DNA from: a virus
Lineage: Duplodnaviria; Caudoviricetes
Strand: one strand, 5' to 3'
Length of the DNA: 52,923 bases
Virus record (IMG/VR): IMGVR_UViG_3300038456_000063
Location: 1-52,923 of that record
The position numbers and the translations under genes are program-made. Each line of letters opens with the position of its first letter. Position 1 is the first letter of the stretch. Below the pieces are notes generated by a model that made no database searches, was not told the origin of the DNA, and saw only the letters and a list, made by a program, of their open reading frames with translations. This document shows, one piece after another, positions 8,709 to 17,775 of the stretch.

Positions 8709-9288
8709 TGGCGGTCTCAAAGGTGAAGGTGGATTCGATCTGGTTTCCCCATTGGCTCCATCCGGCCCTGGGTCGCCGGGCGAACAATTCCAGGTAAGGC
8801 CCCGGACTCTGCTCTTCAATCAGGTCATAGAAGAAGTCAGGCTTGACGCTGTGCGGCTGCCGGGGCAGGAGGTATGCCGTGGGCCGGCACGGACCCGCCA
8901 GACGCAGGCTGCCACGCACCGCGAACAGAAGATGCTCGGTCGCGGAGCGGAAGTAATATCCCGTCTTCATCGACGGCGACCCGTCCGCCTTGACCTTCAC
9001 CCACGTCAGCAGCGTCTTGGGGACAAAGCCCCAGGCCCGTGCAATCTCGTGGGCTTCGACAAGGAACGAGTTGGTCGTCCACAGGTACAAATGGGCCGGC
9101 TTCTCCACCACGCTGGGTATGGGGATGGCTTTGATCGTGGCGATCGCCATGCTCCCGTACCGTCCGGCCGACCCCGCGCTGCCGGTGACGCCGGCCCAGC
9201 TATTGGGTCGGTGGTCCGGTGCGGCACGCGGGCCATCTACGTTGTCGTAGGGCCAGGGCGGGTCGGCGTAGATGGTGGAGAACTTCAT
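8677..9288 (-). CDS. MT-A70 family adenine methyltransferase
   Basis: TIYADPPW, LYLWTT, WVK, HSVKP and YLELFARR. Confidence 0.9.
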   Translation of the reverse strand: MKFSTIYADPPWPYDNVDGPRAAPDHRPNSWAGVTGSAGSAGRYGSMAIATIKAIPIPSVVEKPAHLYLWTTNSFLVEAHEIARAWGFVPKTLLTWVKVKADGSPSMKTGYYFRSATEHLLFAVRGSLRLAGPCRPTAYLLPRQPHSVKPDFFYDLIEEQSPGPYLELFARRPRAGWSQWGNQIESTFTFETANDQGQLTPAD

Positions 9289-9298
9289 GGTTGAACGG

Positions 9299-9607
9299 TC
9301 AGTAGGTGCGAATGGGTTGCGGCAGTTGCTTGACGCCGAATCGGTTGGTGGGTGCCCACCACACGGTCTCTTCATGGGCCTTTTGAATCTCGGCGGCCCA
9401 CTTGGCGAGGGCCTCAATGTCTTCCGACTTGAGGATCAGCATGTCGCCATACCCGCTCTGTTTGTGCCAGCGGCGCAGGGTGTCGAGGATGTAGTTGGCC
9501 AACATCCCGTTCGGCTCTCGCAGCGTGAGCGTGCAGATCGGCTCGGGACGGAACAGCGCGGGCCGGAAGCATCGCCGCCAGCGCTTGAACAGCCTCAGCA
9601 GGGTCAA
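9299..9607 (-). CDS. Hypothetical protein
   Basis: 102-aa ORF with operon packing. Confidence 0.5.
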   Translation of the reverse strand: MTLLRLFKRWRRCFRPALFRPEPICTLTLREPNGMLANYILDTLRRWHKQSGYGDMLILKSEDIEALAKWAAEIQKAHEETVWWAPTNRFGVKQLPQPIRTY

Positions 9608-9855
9608 ATATCCTCCGCACTGCTATCGTTGCAGTCCGTACACTGCACAACCGGTGTATAGTTGTCGTTAATCTCGCCCTCGTAGGAGTCGTGTGTCGGG
9701 ATGGCAGCGGCCCCACGTAGGATGCAGCCACAGGACTGGCAGCGACCCACAAGACGCCGAAGGTCTTTGCCCTTCGTCTTGAAGGTTTCTGGGTTGACAC
9801 GGCGGCCCTTGTAACGCAACTCGCCGGGCTTAATGAAGGTAGGGGTGATGCTCAT
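9604..9855 (-). CDS. Small Zn-ribbon protein
   Basis: CQSC...CTDC pairs. Confidence 0.55.
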   Translation of the reverse strand: MSITPTFIKPGELRYKGRRVNPETFKTKGKDLRRLVGRCQSCGCILRGAAAIPTHDSYEGEINDNYTPVVQCTDCNDSSAEDI

Positions 9856-10007
9856 GTTGTGGTCTTGTGAAAGCGGCAGATGCGGAAACCAAAGAGGTAC
9901 ACGTCGATGTAGCGGTAGTCGCCGTAAAAGCAGACGACGGTGCTCAAGGGGATGAGCGCTTGCCGCCAGTAAAAGACTTTGAAGAAAGATGCTGTACGAG
10001 GGGACAT
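9852..10007 (-). CDS. Small hypothetical protein (51 aa, not in ORF track)
   Basis: MSPRTASFFKVFYWRQALIPLSTVVCFYGDYRYIDVYLFGFRICRFHKTTT; GGAAGG upstream; ATGA overlap with the next gene. Confidence 0.5.
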   Translation of the reverse strand: MSPRTASFFKVFYWRQALIPLSTVVCFYGDYRYIDVYLFGFRICRFHKTTT

Positions 10008-10156
10008 GATTGCCTTCCAGTGATGGGTTGGTATCGGGCCTTAATGACGAGGGCGGCCCACATCAGGACAATGCCGACCACAATCCAGCGGCCAGGACAA
10101 TCAAGATGAAAGCGGGGAACCGCTTCATTGGTTTTCTCACTTGGCTAGGGTTGAAG

Positions 10157-10897
10157 TCAGACTGCCACTTTGCGGCGACGAATCACCCACACTATCGCGG
10201 CGATCGCGCCGGCGACGGCAAGCAGGATGAAGGTCGAAGGCTCGGGCGTGACGACACACTGCTCGATAGAGACATTGCCCACGGTGCCGTAGGACGGCAG
10301 TTGCCCGTTGCTGTTGTAGTCGCTGCTCGTGCCCGTGGCCCCGGCGGCGAGGAAGTCGATACCGACTACTCCGGCGTTGGCAATCGTGTTCGCAAAACCG
10401 ATGCCGGTATTACCCACGGGCCACACGGTAAAGTTCGCCGGGTTCAGGGTGATTGAGAACGTCTCCCAGCCGTTCGTGCCGTTGCTAATGTCGATGCTCG
10501 ACGACGGATTGCTGAGGTAGTAGTTGTCGTTCCAATCGCTTGCGATAGTGAAGCGGGCCAGGGCCGGCTCGCCGCTAAGCACCAGACAGGGAGACGCCTT
10601 GAGGGTGACGGAGAGCGTGTCACCGACCTGGAAACTCTGCGAAGTCAACTGCTCCATGCCGTAGAGGCGCTGGCCGTCCGTACCCGTGCCCGTGACGATA
10701 CTGGCAATCGTGTTGCCGGACGTGGTGGACGTTATCAGGCCCGCATACGGGCCATCGCGGTTCTCGGGGCTGCCGTCGATGTAGCTGAGGTTGATGCCAG
10801 TGGGCGTAATGGTCTCGGTATTCGCGAGGCTGAGTTCGCTGGCCGAGGCCGTAATCGCCAAAGCAAACAGGAACAGGATGGGTAGCAGGTACTTCAT
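10157..10897 (-). CDS. PEP-CTERM sorting-domain surface protein
   Basis: Signal peptide MKYLLPILFLFALAITASA, an S/T/N-rich body, and C-terminal TPEPSTFILLAVAGAIAAIVWVIRRRK (PEP, TM helix, basic tail). Confidence 0.9.
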   Translation of the reverse strand: MKYLLPILFLFALAITASASELSLANTETITPTGINLSYIDGSPENRDGPYAGLITSTTSGNTIASIVTGTGTDGQRLYGMEQLTSQSFQVGDTLSVTLKASPCLVLSGEPALARFTIASDWNDNYYLSNPSSSIDISNGTNGWETFSITLNPANFTVWPVGNTGIGFANTIANAGVVGIDFLAAGATGTSSDYNSNGQLPSYGTVGNVSIEQCVVTPEPSTFILLAVAGAIAAIVWVIRRRKVAV

Positions 10898-10931
10898 TGG
10901 TCGTTCTTTCACTGGGGTTAGGACGCGGAGT

Positions 10932-11102
10932 TTACTTTCTCCGCATGGCTCGAATCTTGGTTTGCCGTCTTTTCGCAGACGGCTTCTCGTATCGCTCCCG
11001 TTCGCGCAGTTCTTGGCGAACGCCGGAGCGGTCGAGAATCTTTTGCAGGCGGCGGTAGGCCGATTGAGCGGTTTCCCGCTCGCGTAACACGATCTTGACC
11101 AT
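10932..11102 (-). CDS. rpsU: Ribosomal protein bS21 (phage-encoded; not in ORF track)
   Basis: Hand translation gives MVKIVLRERETAQSAYRRLQKILDRSGVRQELRERERYEKPSAKRRQTKIRAMRRK (56 aa) with the YEKPS hallmark. ATG overlaps the ligase stop (TAATG). Confidence 0.88.
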   Translation of the reverse strand: MVKIVLRERETAQSAYRRLQKILDRSGVRQELRERERYEKPSAKRRQTKIRAMRRK

Positions 11103-12238
11103 TACTCCACGTCCCGCTTTCGGAAGTAGCGGGCCTCTTTGGGAATGCCGTCGTCGGTCAACTCCCGATAGATGAAGGTCACGGTCTGGCCCTTGCGGAA
11201 GACCTGACCCTGGAATTGCTCGGGCATATCGACGCCCGGATGCTGCGAGGCGTAGACCGACATTTCGCTGGTCTGGAAGGCCCGCTCGGCATCGGTGAGG
11301 CCGGAGAGTTCCAGCCGCTTGCCCTTGTAGTCCACGATCAAGGCCCCGATCATGCCTTGCAGGCGGCTGCCCTTGAGGGTCTCGCGGCCCGATGTGAAGC
11401 CAATCACCCGGCCCTCGGCATCCTCAAAGGGCTTGAACTTCAAGATGCCGTCGTGGCGCTTGGGAATCCAAGTCGCCGTGGGGTCTCGCATGACCACGCC
11501 CTCGCCGCCCTTGGCCAGCGTCCGGTCCAGGTGCAACTCGACCAGTTCGCGGGCAGCGGTCTCGTCGTTGGGCAGGAGGGTTTGCTGGTGCAGGAAGCAA
11601 TGGTCGTTCTGCGTCTCGATGGCCTCCGAGAGAAACTTCAACTCGTCGGCAAAGGTCGCGCCGGGGTTGAGGAAGCGGAAGTCGCCCTCAAACTCCTCCA
11701 TCCGCTGTTTCATCCATGCCATGATTGTGACGAAACTCGTCGTCACGACCATGTTCGTGTTCTTGATCTCGCCGTCGCCGAAAACTGCGTCCAGCGGCGG
11801 GCAGGAGTAGACGGCGTAGGCGATCTTCTTGAAGCGGGGATCGGGCTCGTCGCCGCCGCAGATCGAGCGGCAAAGCTGGAAGTTGCCACGCCCGGCCCAC
11901 AACTCCCCGTCCGCCGGGCAGCAAGGAAGCGAATTCAGAAACCAATCGGGAGCCATGATGGGGTTGCCGTAGCGGCTCCACAGGCCCGTGGCGATAGGCT
12001 TGATCTTGCCCTTCAGCTTGCCGGTCTTGGGGTCCGTGACCGAGGCCCAGGGGACTTCAATCGTGGGGACGCCCCGGCTCAAACCGCCATCCCAAAAGCA
12101 ACGGGTGCCGTCGAGCTTCTCGGAAATGTACCGGCCGGCGACCCGGAACGAGCATTGGCCCTTGCGGTCCTTCTTCTCGGGTTTGAAAGGCTCGGCCAGT
12201 TGGAGGAATTCGCGGCGATTGGAGGTTGCTTTTGCCAT
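11102..12238 (-). CDS. ATP-dependent DNA ligase
   Basis: SEKLDG, DGELW, GEGVV and LKFK motifs, with a C-terminal OB fold ending PKEARYFRKR. Confidence 0.92.
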   Translation of the reverse strand: MAKATSNRREFLQLAEPFKPEKKDRKGQCSFRVAGRYISEKLDGTRCFWDGGLSRGVPTIEVPWASVTDPKTGKLKGKIKPIATGLWSRYGNPIMAPDWFLNSLPCCPADGELWAGRGNFQLCRSICGGDEPDPRFKKIAYAVYSCPPLDAVFGDGEIKNTNMVVTTSFVTIMAWMKQRMEEFEGDFRFLNPGATFADELKFLSEAIETQNDHCFLHQQTLLPNDETAARELVELHLDRTLAKGGEGVVMRDPTATWIPKRHDGILKFKPFEDAEGRVIGFTSGRETLKGSRLQGMIGALIVDYKGKRLELSGLTDAERAFQTSEMSVYASQHPGVDMPEQFQGQVFRKGQTVTFIYRELTDDGIPKEARYFRKRDVE

Positions 12239-12266
12239 TGCTCGGTAGATGCCCTTGGGAGTTGGG

Positions 12267-12467
12267 TTATGAGGGGAAAGCGGCTTGGAGGAGTGGTTCC
12301 ACCGAATCGCGGTCGGCGGCACGGCGGATGTTTACACGTCGTTCGATCTGGATGGGCCGGCTGAAGACCCGCAGGCCGGGACGCCAAGCGGCGTGCTCAA
12401 GGAAGCGGGCGCTGATGAATTCGACAGTGTGTATTGGCGTTTCTCTCGAAAGTGGTGTGCTATCCAC
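12267..12467 (-). CDS. Hypothetical protein (GTG start 2 nt after promoter motif)
   Basis: 66-aa ORF that fills the gap; possibly leaderless. Confidence 0.4.
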   Translation of the reverse strand: MDSTPLSRETPIHTVEFISARFLEHAAWRPGLRVFSRPIQIERRVNIRRAADRDSVEPLLQAAFPS

Positions 12468-12469
12468 CT

Positions 12470-12502
12470 AGAGAGTTGCAAAAACTTGCACACTGGTTTT
12501 CA
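12470..12502 (-). promoter_or_regulatory. Bipartite phage promoter-like motif, copy 2
   Basis: TGAAAACCAG-N11-TTGCAACTCTCT, intergenic, upstream of the ligase/bS21 genes. Confidence 0.75.
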
Positions 12503-13120
12503 AGGCTGCGCGGATTTTTGTCCGGCCACTCGAAACTCCCCTTGCCGGGCCAGCAGGCGGCCGAATCCTTCGACCAGATACATCGACGTGGAGCAACGAT
12601 GGAGACGGTTCCAGGGGCGGGGCACCAGCAGGGCTTGACCGCCATATCTGCGGAAGAGGCGGCAGTTCTTCTCGTTGTCGTCCACCAGCAGCGAACCGGA
12701 TTGGGCGAAGAACCATTTGCGGGGCGTAATCGCATAGCTGCGGTGCATCCACTCGGGGAAGTGCGCGTGAATCCAGTCCACCTTGCCGGCCGCACAGGCA
12801 GGGTCTTTGGTGGGGCTGGTGGCGATGATGATGTTCTCCCGGCCCACCAGCCGCTCGCACTGCTCCAAGAGCCAGGGGTATTGCGGCGACTCCGGGACGC
12901 CAGCCCAGTCCTGCCGGTTGAACCACGACCAAAAGGACGGCCGGGTGAAATACTCCCCGCCCAGCAGTTTGTTGGCAACCAGCGTCAGGTCCACGTTCCC
13001 GGTTATGGGGTATTCGCTGTAGTCCGTGGGGCTGATCTTGCAACCCACAAGACTCAGGAAGTGCATGGAAAGCGTATTGCATACGTCATCCAGGTCAAGA
13101 TAGATGCGACGTATCTTCAT
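12500..13120 (-). CDS. HAD-family 5'(3')-deoxyribonucleotidase
   Basis: YLDLDDV motif I, ATSP, GKVDWI and LLVDDN motif IV. Confidence 0.85.
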   Translation of the reverse strand: MKIRRIYLDLDDVCNTLSMHFLSLVGCKISPTDYSEYPITGNVDLTLVANKLLGGEYFTRPSFWSWFNRQDWAGVPESPQYPWLLEQCERLVGRENIIIATSPTKDPACAAGKVDWIHAHFPEWMHRSYAITPRKWFFAQSGSLLVDDNEKNCRLFRRYGGQALLVPRPWNRLHRCSTSMYLVEGFGRLLARQGEFRVAGQKSAQP

Positions 13121-13788
13121 CGCTTGGCCTTTCTCGTATCACGCAAGCCGGCCTTGGCCAGCACGCGACGATACAGGTTCTCTTTCAAGCGGTAGGTGGT
13201 GGCCAGCGACGTGCCGATAACGGCGGCGATCTCTTGCAGGTTGTAGCTGGCCTCACGCATATCGACGTAGGTTCGCTCTTGCTCGGTCTCGCAGCAGGAT
13301 TCAATCAGGTCGCGCATTTCCGCGAGCGTCTCGGCACCGTCGCACGCGCAGGTGTCAGGGACCGCGCCGGAGGGCGTCATGGTCCTGATCCGCTTGCCGT
13401 TGGCCGTGGCGTTGTACTGCGTCTTGTGCGGAATCCGAATCATGGATTCGTCGTCCGTGAATTGAATCAACTGGCACATGATGGAGACGCCGATATACTC
13501 GACCGGAGCAGCCACGCCGCTGCCGTCCTTGGCGATGCTGTTTACGGCGTTCACCAAGCCGACAAAGCCGGCACTGGTCAGGTCGTCGCGGAGATAGGTA
13601 TACTGCGGGAAGGAAAAGATATAGTCGTCCACCTTGGACACGACCAGCGGCATGTTGCCTTCGATCATCGACTTGCGGGCCTCGACATCGCCCAGGGCGA
13701 CCTTGGGCGCGAGTTCCAGGTTGTCTTCCACGTTCAAGGGTGGCGACATCTGCGAAACGAGTTCACTGTTGTACTTGCTCATGGTCAC
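13117..13788 (-). CDS. RNA polymerase sigma-70 family factor (phage-encoded)
   Basis: Region 2 ARKSMIEGNMPLVV...DDLTSAGFVGLVNAV, MIRIP, and region 4 HTH YNLQEIAAVIGTSLATTYRL. Confidence 0.85.
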   Translation of the reverse strand: MTMSKYNSELVSQMSPPLNVEDNLELAPKVALGDVEARKSMIEGNMPLVVSKVDDYIFSFPQYTYLRDDLTSAGFVGLVNAVNSIAKDGSGVAAPVEYIGVSIMCQLIQFTDDESMIRIPHKTQYNATANGKRIRTMTPSGAVPDTCACDGAETLAEMRDLIESCCETEQERTYVDMREASYNLQEIAAVIGTSLATTYRLKENLYRRVLAKAGLRDTRKAKR

Positions 13789-14264
13789 GCTTTCGGATGG
13801 AGGATTGCGTCGATGCGCCAGGCGCAGATCGGCTCGAAGTTGTAGATGTTGAAGTCGGCGCTGCTGTACTCGTAGCCGTCCGGGTCGTAGATGCAGCCAC
13901 GGTCGTAGGCGACCATGTGGCCGCAGCGGATGCCCATGCCCTCAATCACGCCTTGCGTCGTGTAGAGCGTGTCGTAGAAGCGGAGGTTGAGATCGCGCTG
14001 GCCCAGATGATGGCCGGCATAGGGGCGACCAATCACGTCCAACGACACCGGGAAGATTTCCACCGGCGTGGCGGCAAAGCCCCGCTTCAGGCAGCAGTCG
14101 ATCAACTCCTGCATGTGGAAGCCGCGACGTTGCTCAAGACCAAGCGGGAACACGCCGCCGTCGTGGCCGATCTCGGCGATCAGGTCCGCGACAGGCACAT
14201 CGAGCACCATCGCAAAGGACGTGATGGCACACTGCCATCGTTCGGGTTTCTTTTGTAAGCGCAT
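13785..14264 (-). CDS. Papain-like (C39-like) peptidase-fold protein
   Basis: Q.....WQCAITSFAMV (catalytic Cys), GHMVAY (His) and IYDP (Asp). Confidence 0.55.
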   Translation of the reverse strand: MRLQKKPERWQCAITSFAMVLDVPVADLIAEIGHDGGVFPLGLEQRRGFHMQELIDCCLKRGFAATPVEIFPVSLDVIGRPYAGHHLGQRDLNLRFYDTLYTTQGVIEGMGIRCGHMVAYDRGCIYDPDGYEYSSADFNIYNFEPICAWRIDAILHPKA

Positions 14265-14313
14265 AGAATCAGCCAGTTAGAGGTTCATCAGCGAGGGTTA
14301 AGAGAGCGGCGGG

Positions 14314-14727
14314 CTAGTCGAGTTGTGAGCGTTCAAGCTCTTCGCGGTCTAGCTCGTCGAGCAGTGCGTCGATGTCGGGAATCCGACCCCACGACTCTTT
14401 CCAGTAATCTTTCCAGTTGGCCTTCTTAAAGAGTTTTCCGTACTCTTCATCGGTGGCGGCGGTCAGTATCCAGATGCCGACACCCTTGGCGTCCCACAAG
14501 GGCCACTTCTGTTTCTGGGCCTTGGTGAAGCAGTATTTCTTCGGTTGCTTGCAGTCGATCCAGCGTGTGCCCCATTTCTCGTGGGCAATGAACAAGTCGG
14601 GAAAGCCGGTTTGATACAAGTTCCCGTGGGTATGTTCCACCATCCAGCCACGGGCCTTGAGGAATTTGATGAGCGCTTGCTGGATGTACCATTCCGGGCC
14701 GTGGGCGGGTTGGCGAATCTTCCTCAC
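14314..14727 (-). CDS. VRR-NUC / PD-(D/E)XK nuclease
   Basis: E..IQ...IKFL, GFPDLF, WIDCK and TKAQ. Confidence 0.75.
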   Translation of the reverse strand: MRKIRQPAHGPEWYIQQALIKFLKARGWMVEHTHGNLYQTGFPDLFIAHEKWGTRWIDCKQPKKYCFTKAQKQKWPLWDAKGVGIWILTAATDEEYGKLFKKANWKDYWKESWGRIPDIDALLDELDREELERSQLD

Positions 14728-15023
14728 GTTGGCGTCTCCCAGGTCAGGCTCTTCACCAGCCGCCGCCCGCGCCGCTCGACCCGCCAGATGCGGGCGGGCG
14801 TGTGCGGCTTCACGGCATAAGCAAACTCGCCGGCCGCAGCGATGGCGTCGAGCCGGGCGATCAGCGCCGGGTTGATGGGGTCAACCAGCCTGGGTCGTGG
14901 GACCAGTCCCAGGAAATACCAGGGTCGGACGATCTTCCATTCGTACTTGGGGAAGAGGTTGCCGATGAAGGTCCAGCGACGGTCGATCGTGACTTCAATT
15001 TCGTAGTGGTTGACGTATCTCAT
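14724..15023 (-). CDS. Hypothetical protein
   Basis: Overlaps the polymerase stop (TAATG) and the next gene's start. Confidence 0.55.
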   Translation of the reverse strand: MRYVNHYEIEVTIDRRWTFIGNLFPKYEWKIVRPWYFLGLVPRPRLVDPINPALIARLDAIAAAGEFAYAVKPHTPARIWRVERRGRRLVKSLTWETPT

Positions 15024-17530
15024 TACATCATTTCCTTGGCGCGAATCTTGACTGTTTGTGCGGTGCCCTTCTTCTCGGCCCAGGACTCCATTTCCTTGTG
15101 CCAGGTAATACCGATCAACGGCACCTTGGGGCGGAAACTCTCCACGCTCTCGCGGACGACTTCCACGATGGTGTCGCCCAACTCGGGCTTGGTCACGGTG
15201 AGAAGTTCGTCGTGGACGTTCATAATGGACAGCCGTAGTTCACCGATGCCCGGCGGCTGCAAGTCCCACAGCTTGCGTTGCACGGCCTTGGTAATCTGGG
15301 CACCGGGGCTCTGAATCTCGTGGTTGGCAGCGGCCCGCATGTTGGCGGCCTGCATACCGAACGAGGCCCCGTAAAGCGCCGATGACACGGCACCGCCGGC
15401 CGTCTGCACGCGATCGCGCCGCACGACTTTGACCTTCACGCCGGACCAGTTCTTGGGCGGCTTGCGGGCCAGATCGAAGAGGGCCTTGCAGATTGTGTTT
15501 TCCAGGCTGAAGTAGCGGCGGAAGCCCAGGAAGGATTCGATGTACTCGGCCGGGTCCGCCCAGACCACCGCACTGCCCAGCCCGCCGGGCTGTCGCATGG
15601 AGCAGAAGGCGTTGAAGGTCTTTTCGCGGGCCTTGGGGATACCGGGGAATTTTTTGAAGAATCCGTCTTCAGCACGTTGAGCCACTTCGGGCGGAAGGCC
15701 GAATTTGCCCACGAGGGTATTCCAATCCCCTCCGTAAATCATCCCGAACACACCCTGCTTGCCCTTGGTGTACATATCGAACTCGGTGTCAGCCGAGGCC
15801 AAGATGTCTTCGTAGGTCTTGCCGGGGTACATTTCCATGCCGAACAAGGCGTGAATCTTCTTGCCACTGCACAGAGCCGCCCGCAAACTGGGGTCGTTGT
15901 ACACGGCGTCGGCCAGCGTTACCTCAAATGAATCGAAGTCGCCGCCGCAGAGGATGTAGCCGCCCCAGGTGAGCGGGAACATTCGCCGCACGTCTTTGGT
16001 GTGCTTGATGCCTTGCGGATTGAGACCGTCTGCCCCGGCCATGCGGGAAGAGAGAGTACCAATCACCACGAAACTCGCATGGAACTTGCCGGCCAGGAGC
16101 AGCTTGTTGTAAAGTTCCACTTCCTTGGCGGCGATCTTCACGTCGAGGATGTCGCCGGCGCGGACTGCGGCGGGGTGCTTGCCGGCACGCAAGACGCCCG
16201 TGCCGTGGCAGCGGGCGCACGCGGGGTCAGGCTCGTCGCCGCAGCGCGTGCAGGGCTCGTCTTCCGTGACTTCCCAATTCTTGATGGCCTCGATATTCGA
16301 CTTCTTCGTGGAGGCTTCCAGAATCACGCCCTCGGTCTCGTCCATCGCGGACGTGATGTAGGCGCGAACCTCGCCCGGCTTGTTGACGTTGACCGGGGAG
16401 TTGTCCACGATGTACTGGGCCTTCGCCAACAGGTCTCTCATGCCGGGCTTGTCGATCTCGAACCCGTGCCAGCGCACGATGGGGACCATGCAGGCCAGAG
16501 TCGAGTCGTCGTCACCGGGCGTAGGATCGCCGAAGTGATGGTCGAGGGCGCGGGTGTAGACAATATCGTCGTTGGCGTACTCGCGGGCGTCCGCCCGTGT
16601 CGCCCAGTGCTCGATGAATTTGCTGACGACGCCGGGCCAAGCATAACCCAGCAGCTTGTCTTCGCCGGCCTTGGGTTTGGCCTTGGGCTTGACCACTTCA
16701 TCGTCGTCGCGCTCGTCGTCCATGCCGAGGGTGTTGACCGGCACGGGGTCTTCCTCCACGGCGACCTTGATCTTGCCCTTCCGCTTGCCCCAGACTTCCC
16801 AATTCTTCTCCGGCGACGAAACGGCCAATGCTGTGGGCGCATAGCCCAACTCGTAGGGCCGCCAAGATGTGGACGGTTCTACGTCTTTGTAATGGAACTT
16901 AGGCTTGTAGCCGAGCGCGTGTTCGGCCAAGAACTTCAAACCGCCAGCGGGATTGAAGCGCAGCACCACGTCTTTGAAATCGGGGTCAAGGTCGCCGAAG
17001 CGGTCCTTGCGATCAAAGACTTGCCAGCGCGGGGCGTCCGGGTCAGCAGACCGGGCAAAATAGATGGAGTCGAGTTGGATACGATTCTCCAACTCGCTTC
17101 GTAGGGCGTGGGCCAGAGTGGTGGGTACTCGCTTGATGCGAATATCCTCACGGGCCATGAGAGCCTGATAGGGGCCTTTGCGGCTGTGCAGCATCAGGTC
17201 GAGGGCGGCGGCAGGCTTGACGCAGGGGCCGTCCTGGGCCTGCGGTTCAAGCATGGCGATCTCGTTGATATGCTCGCACGGAATCCAGTCGCGCGGGCAG
17301 AGCCGGAAGGTCGTGTAGGTCTTGACGACCATGAACCAGTCGAAGGAGAGATTGAAGCCGACGACGGCGTGCTCGCAAAACCACTCGATCAAGTCGAGCG
17401 TCTCGCCGATGGGATGCCGCCAGACTTCATAGAGCGTAATCGGCCCTTCTTCCACGGCGTACTGGAAGAGAACGGGCGTGCCGAAGAGGCCGCACGTTTC
17501 CGAGTCGAGATAAAGTTTCTTTAGGGCCAT
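15023..17530 (-). CDS. Family A DNA polymerase with 3'-5' exonuclease
   Basis: LDSET (Exo I), GFNLSFD (Exo II), YANDD (Exo III), GTLSSRM, GDFDSFEV (motif A), KQGVFGMIYG (motif B) and NVHDE (motif C). Confidence 0.93.
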   Translation of the reverse strand: MALKKLYLDSETCGLFGTPVLFQYAVEEGPITLYEVWRHPIGETLDLIEWFCEHAVVGFNLSFDWFMVVKTYTTFRLCPRDWIPCEHINEIAMLEPQAQDGPCVKPAAALDLMLHSRKGPYQALMAREDIRIKRVPTTLAHALRSELENRIQLDSIYFARSADPDAPRWQVFDRKDRFGDLDPDFKDVVLRFNPAGGLKFLAEHALGYKPKFHYKDVEPSTSWRPYELGYAPTALAVSSPEKNWEVWGKRKGKIKVAVEEDPVPVNTLGMDDERDDDEVVKPKAKPKAGEDKLLGYAWPGVVSKFIEHWATRADAREYANDDIVYTRALDHHFGDPTPGDDDSTLACMVPIVRWHGFEIDKPGMRDLLAKAQYIVDNSPVNVNKPGEVRAYITSAMDETEGVILEASTKKSNIEAIKNWEVTEDEPCTRCGDEPDPACARCHGTGVLRAGKHPAAVRAGDILDVKIAAKEVELYNKLLLAGKFHASFVVIGTLSSRMAGADGLNPQGIKHTKDVRRMFPLTWGGYILCGGDFDSFEVTLADAVYNDPSLRAALCSGKKIHALFGMEMYPGKTYEDILASADTEFDMYTKGKQGVFGMIYGGDWNTLVGKFGLPPEVAQRAEDGFFKKFPGIPKAREKTFNAFCSMRQPGGLGSAVVWADPAEYIESFLGFRRYFSLENTICKALFDLARKPPKNWSGVKVKVVRRDRVQTAGGAVSSALYGASFGMQAANMRAAANHEIQSPGAQITKAVQRKLWDLQPPGIGELRLSIMNVHDELLTVTKPELGDTIVEVVRESVESFRPKVPLIGITWHKEMESWAEKKGTAQTVKIRAKEMM

Positions 17531-17576
17531 AACGTAATCGTGGTGAAAGTTCGTGGAGAGCGGGAGCCGGCGACGG

Positions 17577-17762
17577 TCAGGCGGCCTTTTCTTCCTCTTC
17601 CTCGTCCATGAGCCCCTCGGCAACGAGGTTCGCCTTGGCGCGACCGATCTGCCTCAGCGCAGCGGCCATGCCGTTGGCATCCATGTCGGCGGCGCACTCC
17701 ACGAATACTTCGTAGCAGAGGGCCAAAGTCTTCCAGGCTTCACATTGCTGTTTGATGGTCAT
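17577..17762 (-). CDS. Hypothetical protein
   Basis: 61-aa ORF with an acidic tail. Confidence 0.55.
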   Translation of the reverse strand: MTIKQQCEAWKTLALCYEVFVECAADMDANGMAAALRQIGRAKANLVAEGLMDEEEEEKAA

Positions 17763-17775
17763 GGTTTCTCTCGGG

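Noticed and set aside
1182-14264. RiPP pathway (C39-like peptidase, radical SAMs, peptide ending GG-CSS)
   Set aside because: The genes are dispersed, the core peptide would be only 3 aa, and there is no RRE/SPASM domain or transporter.
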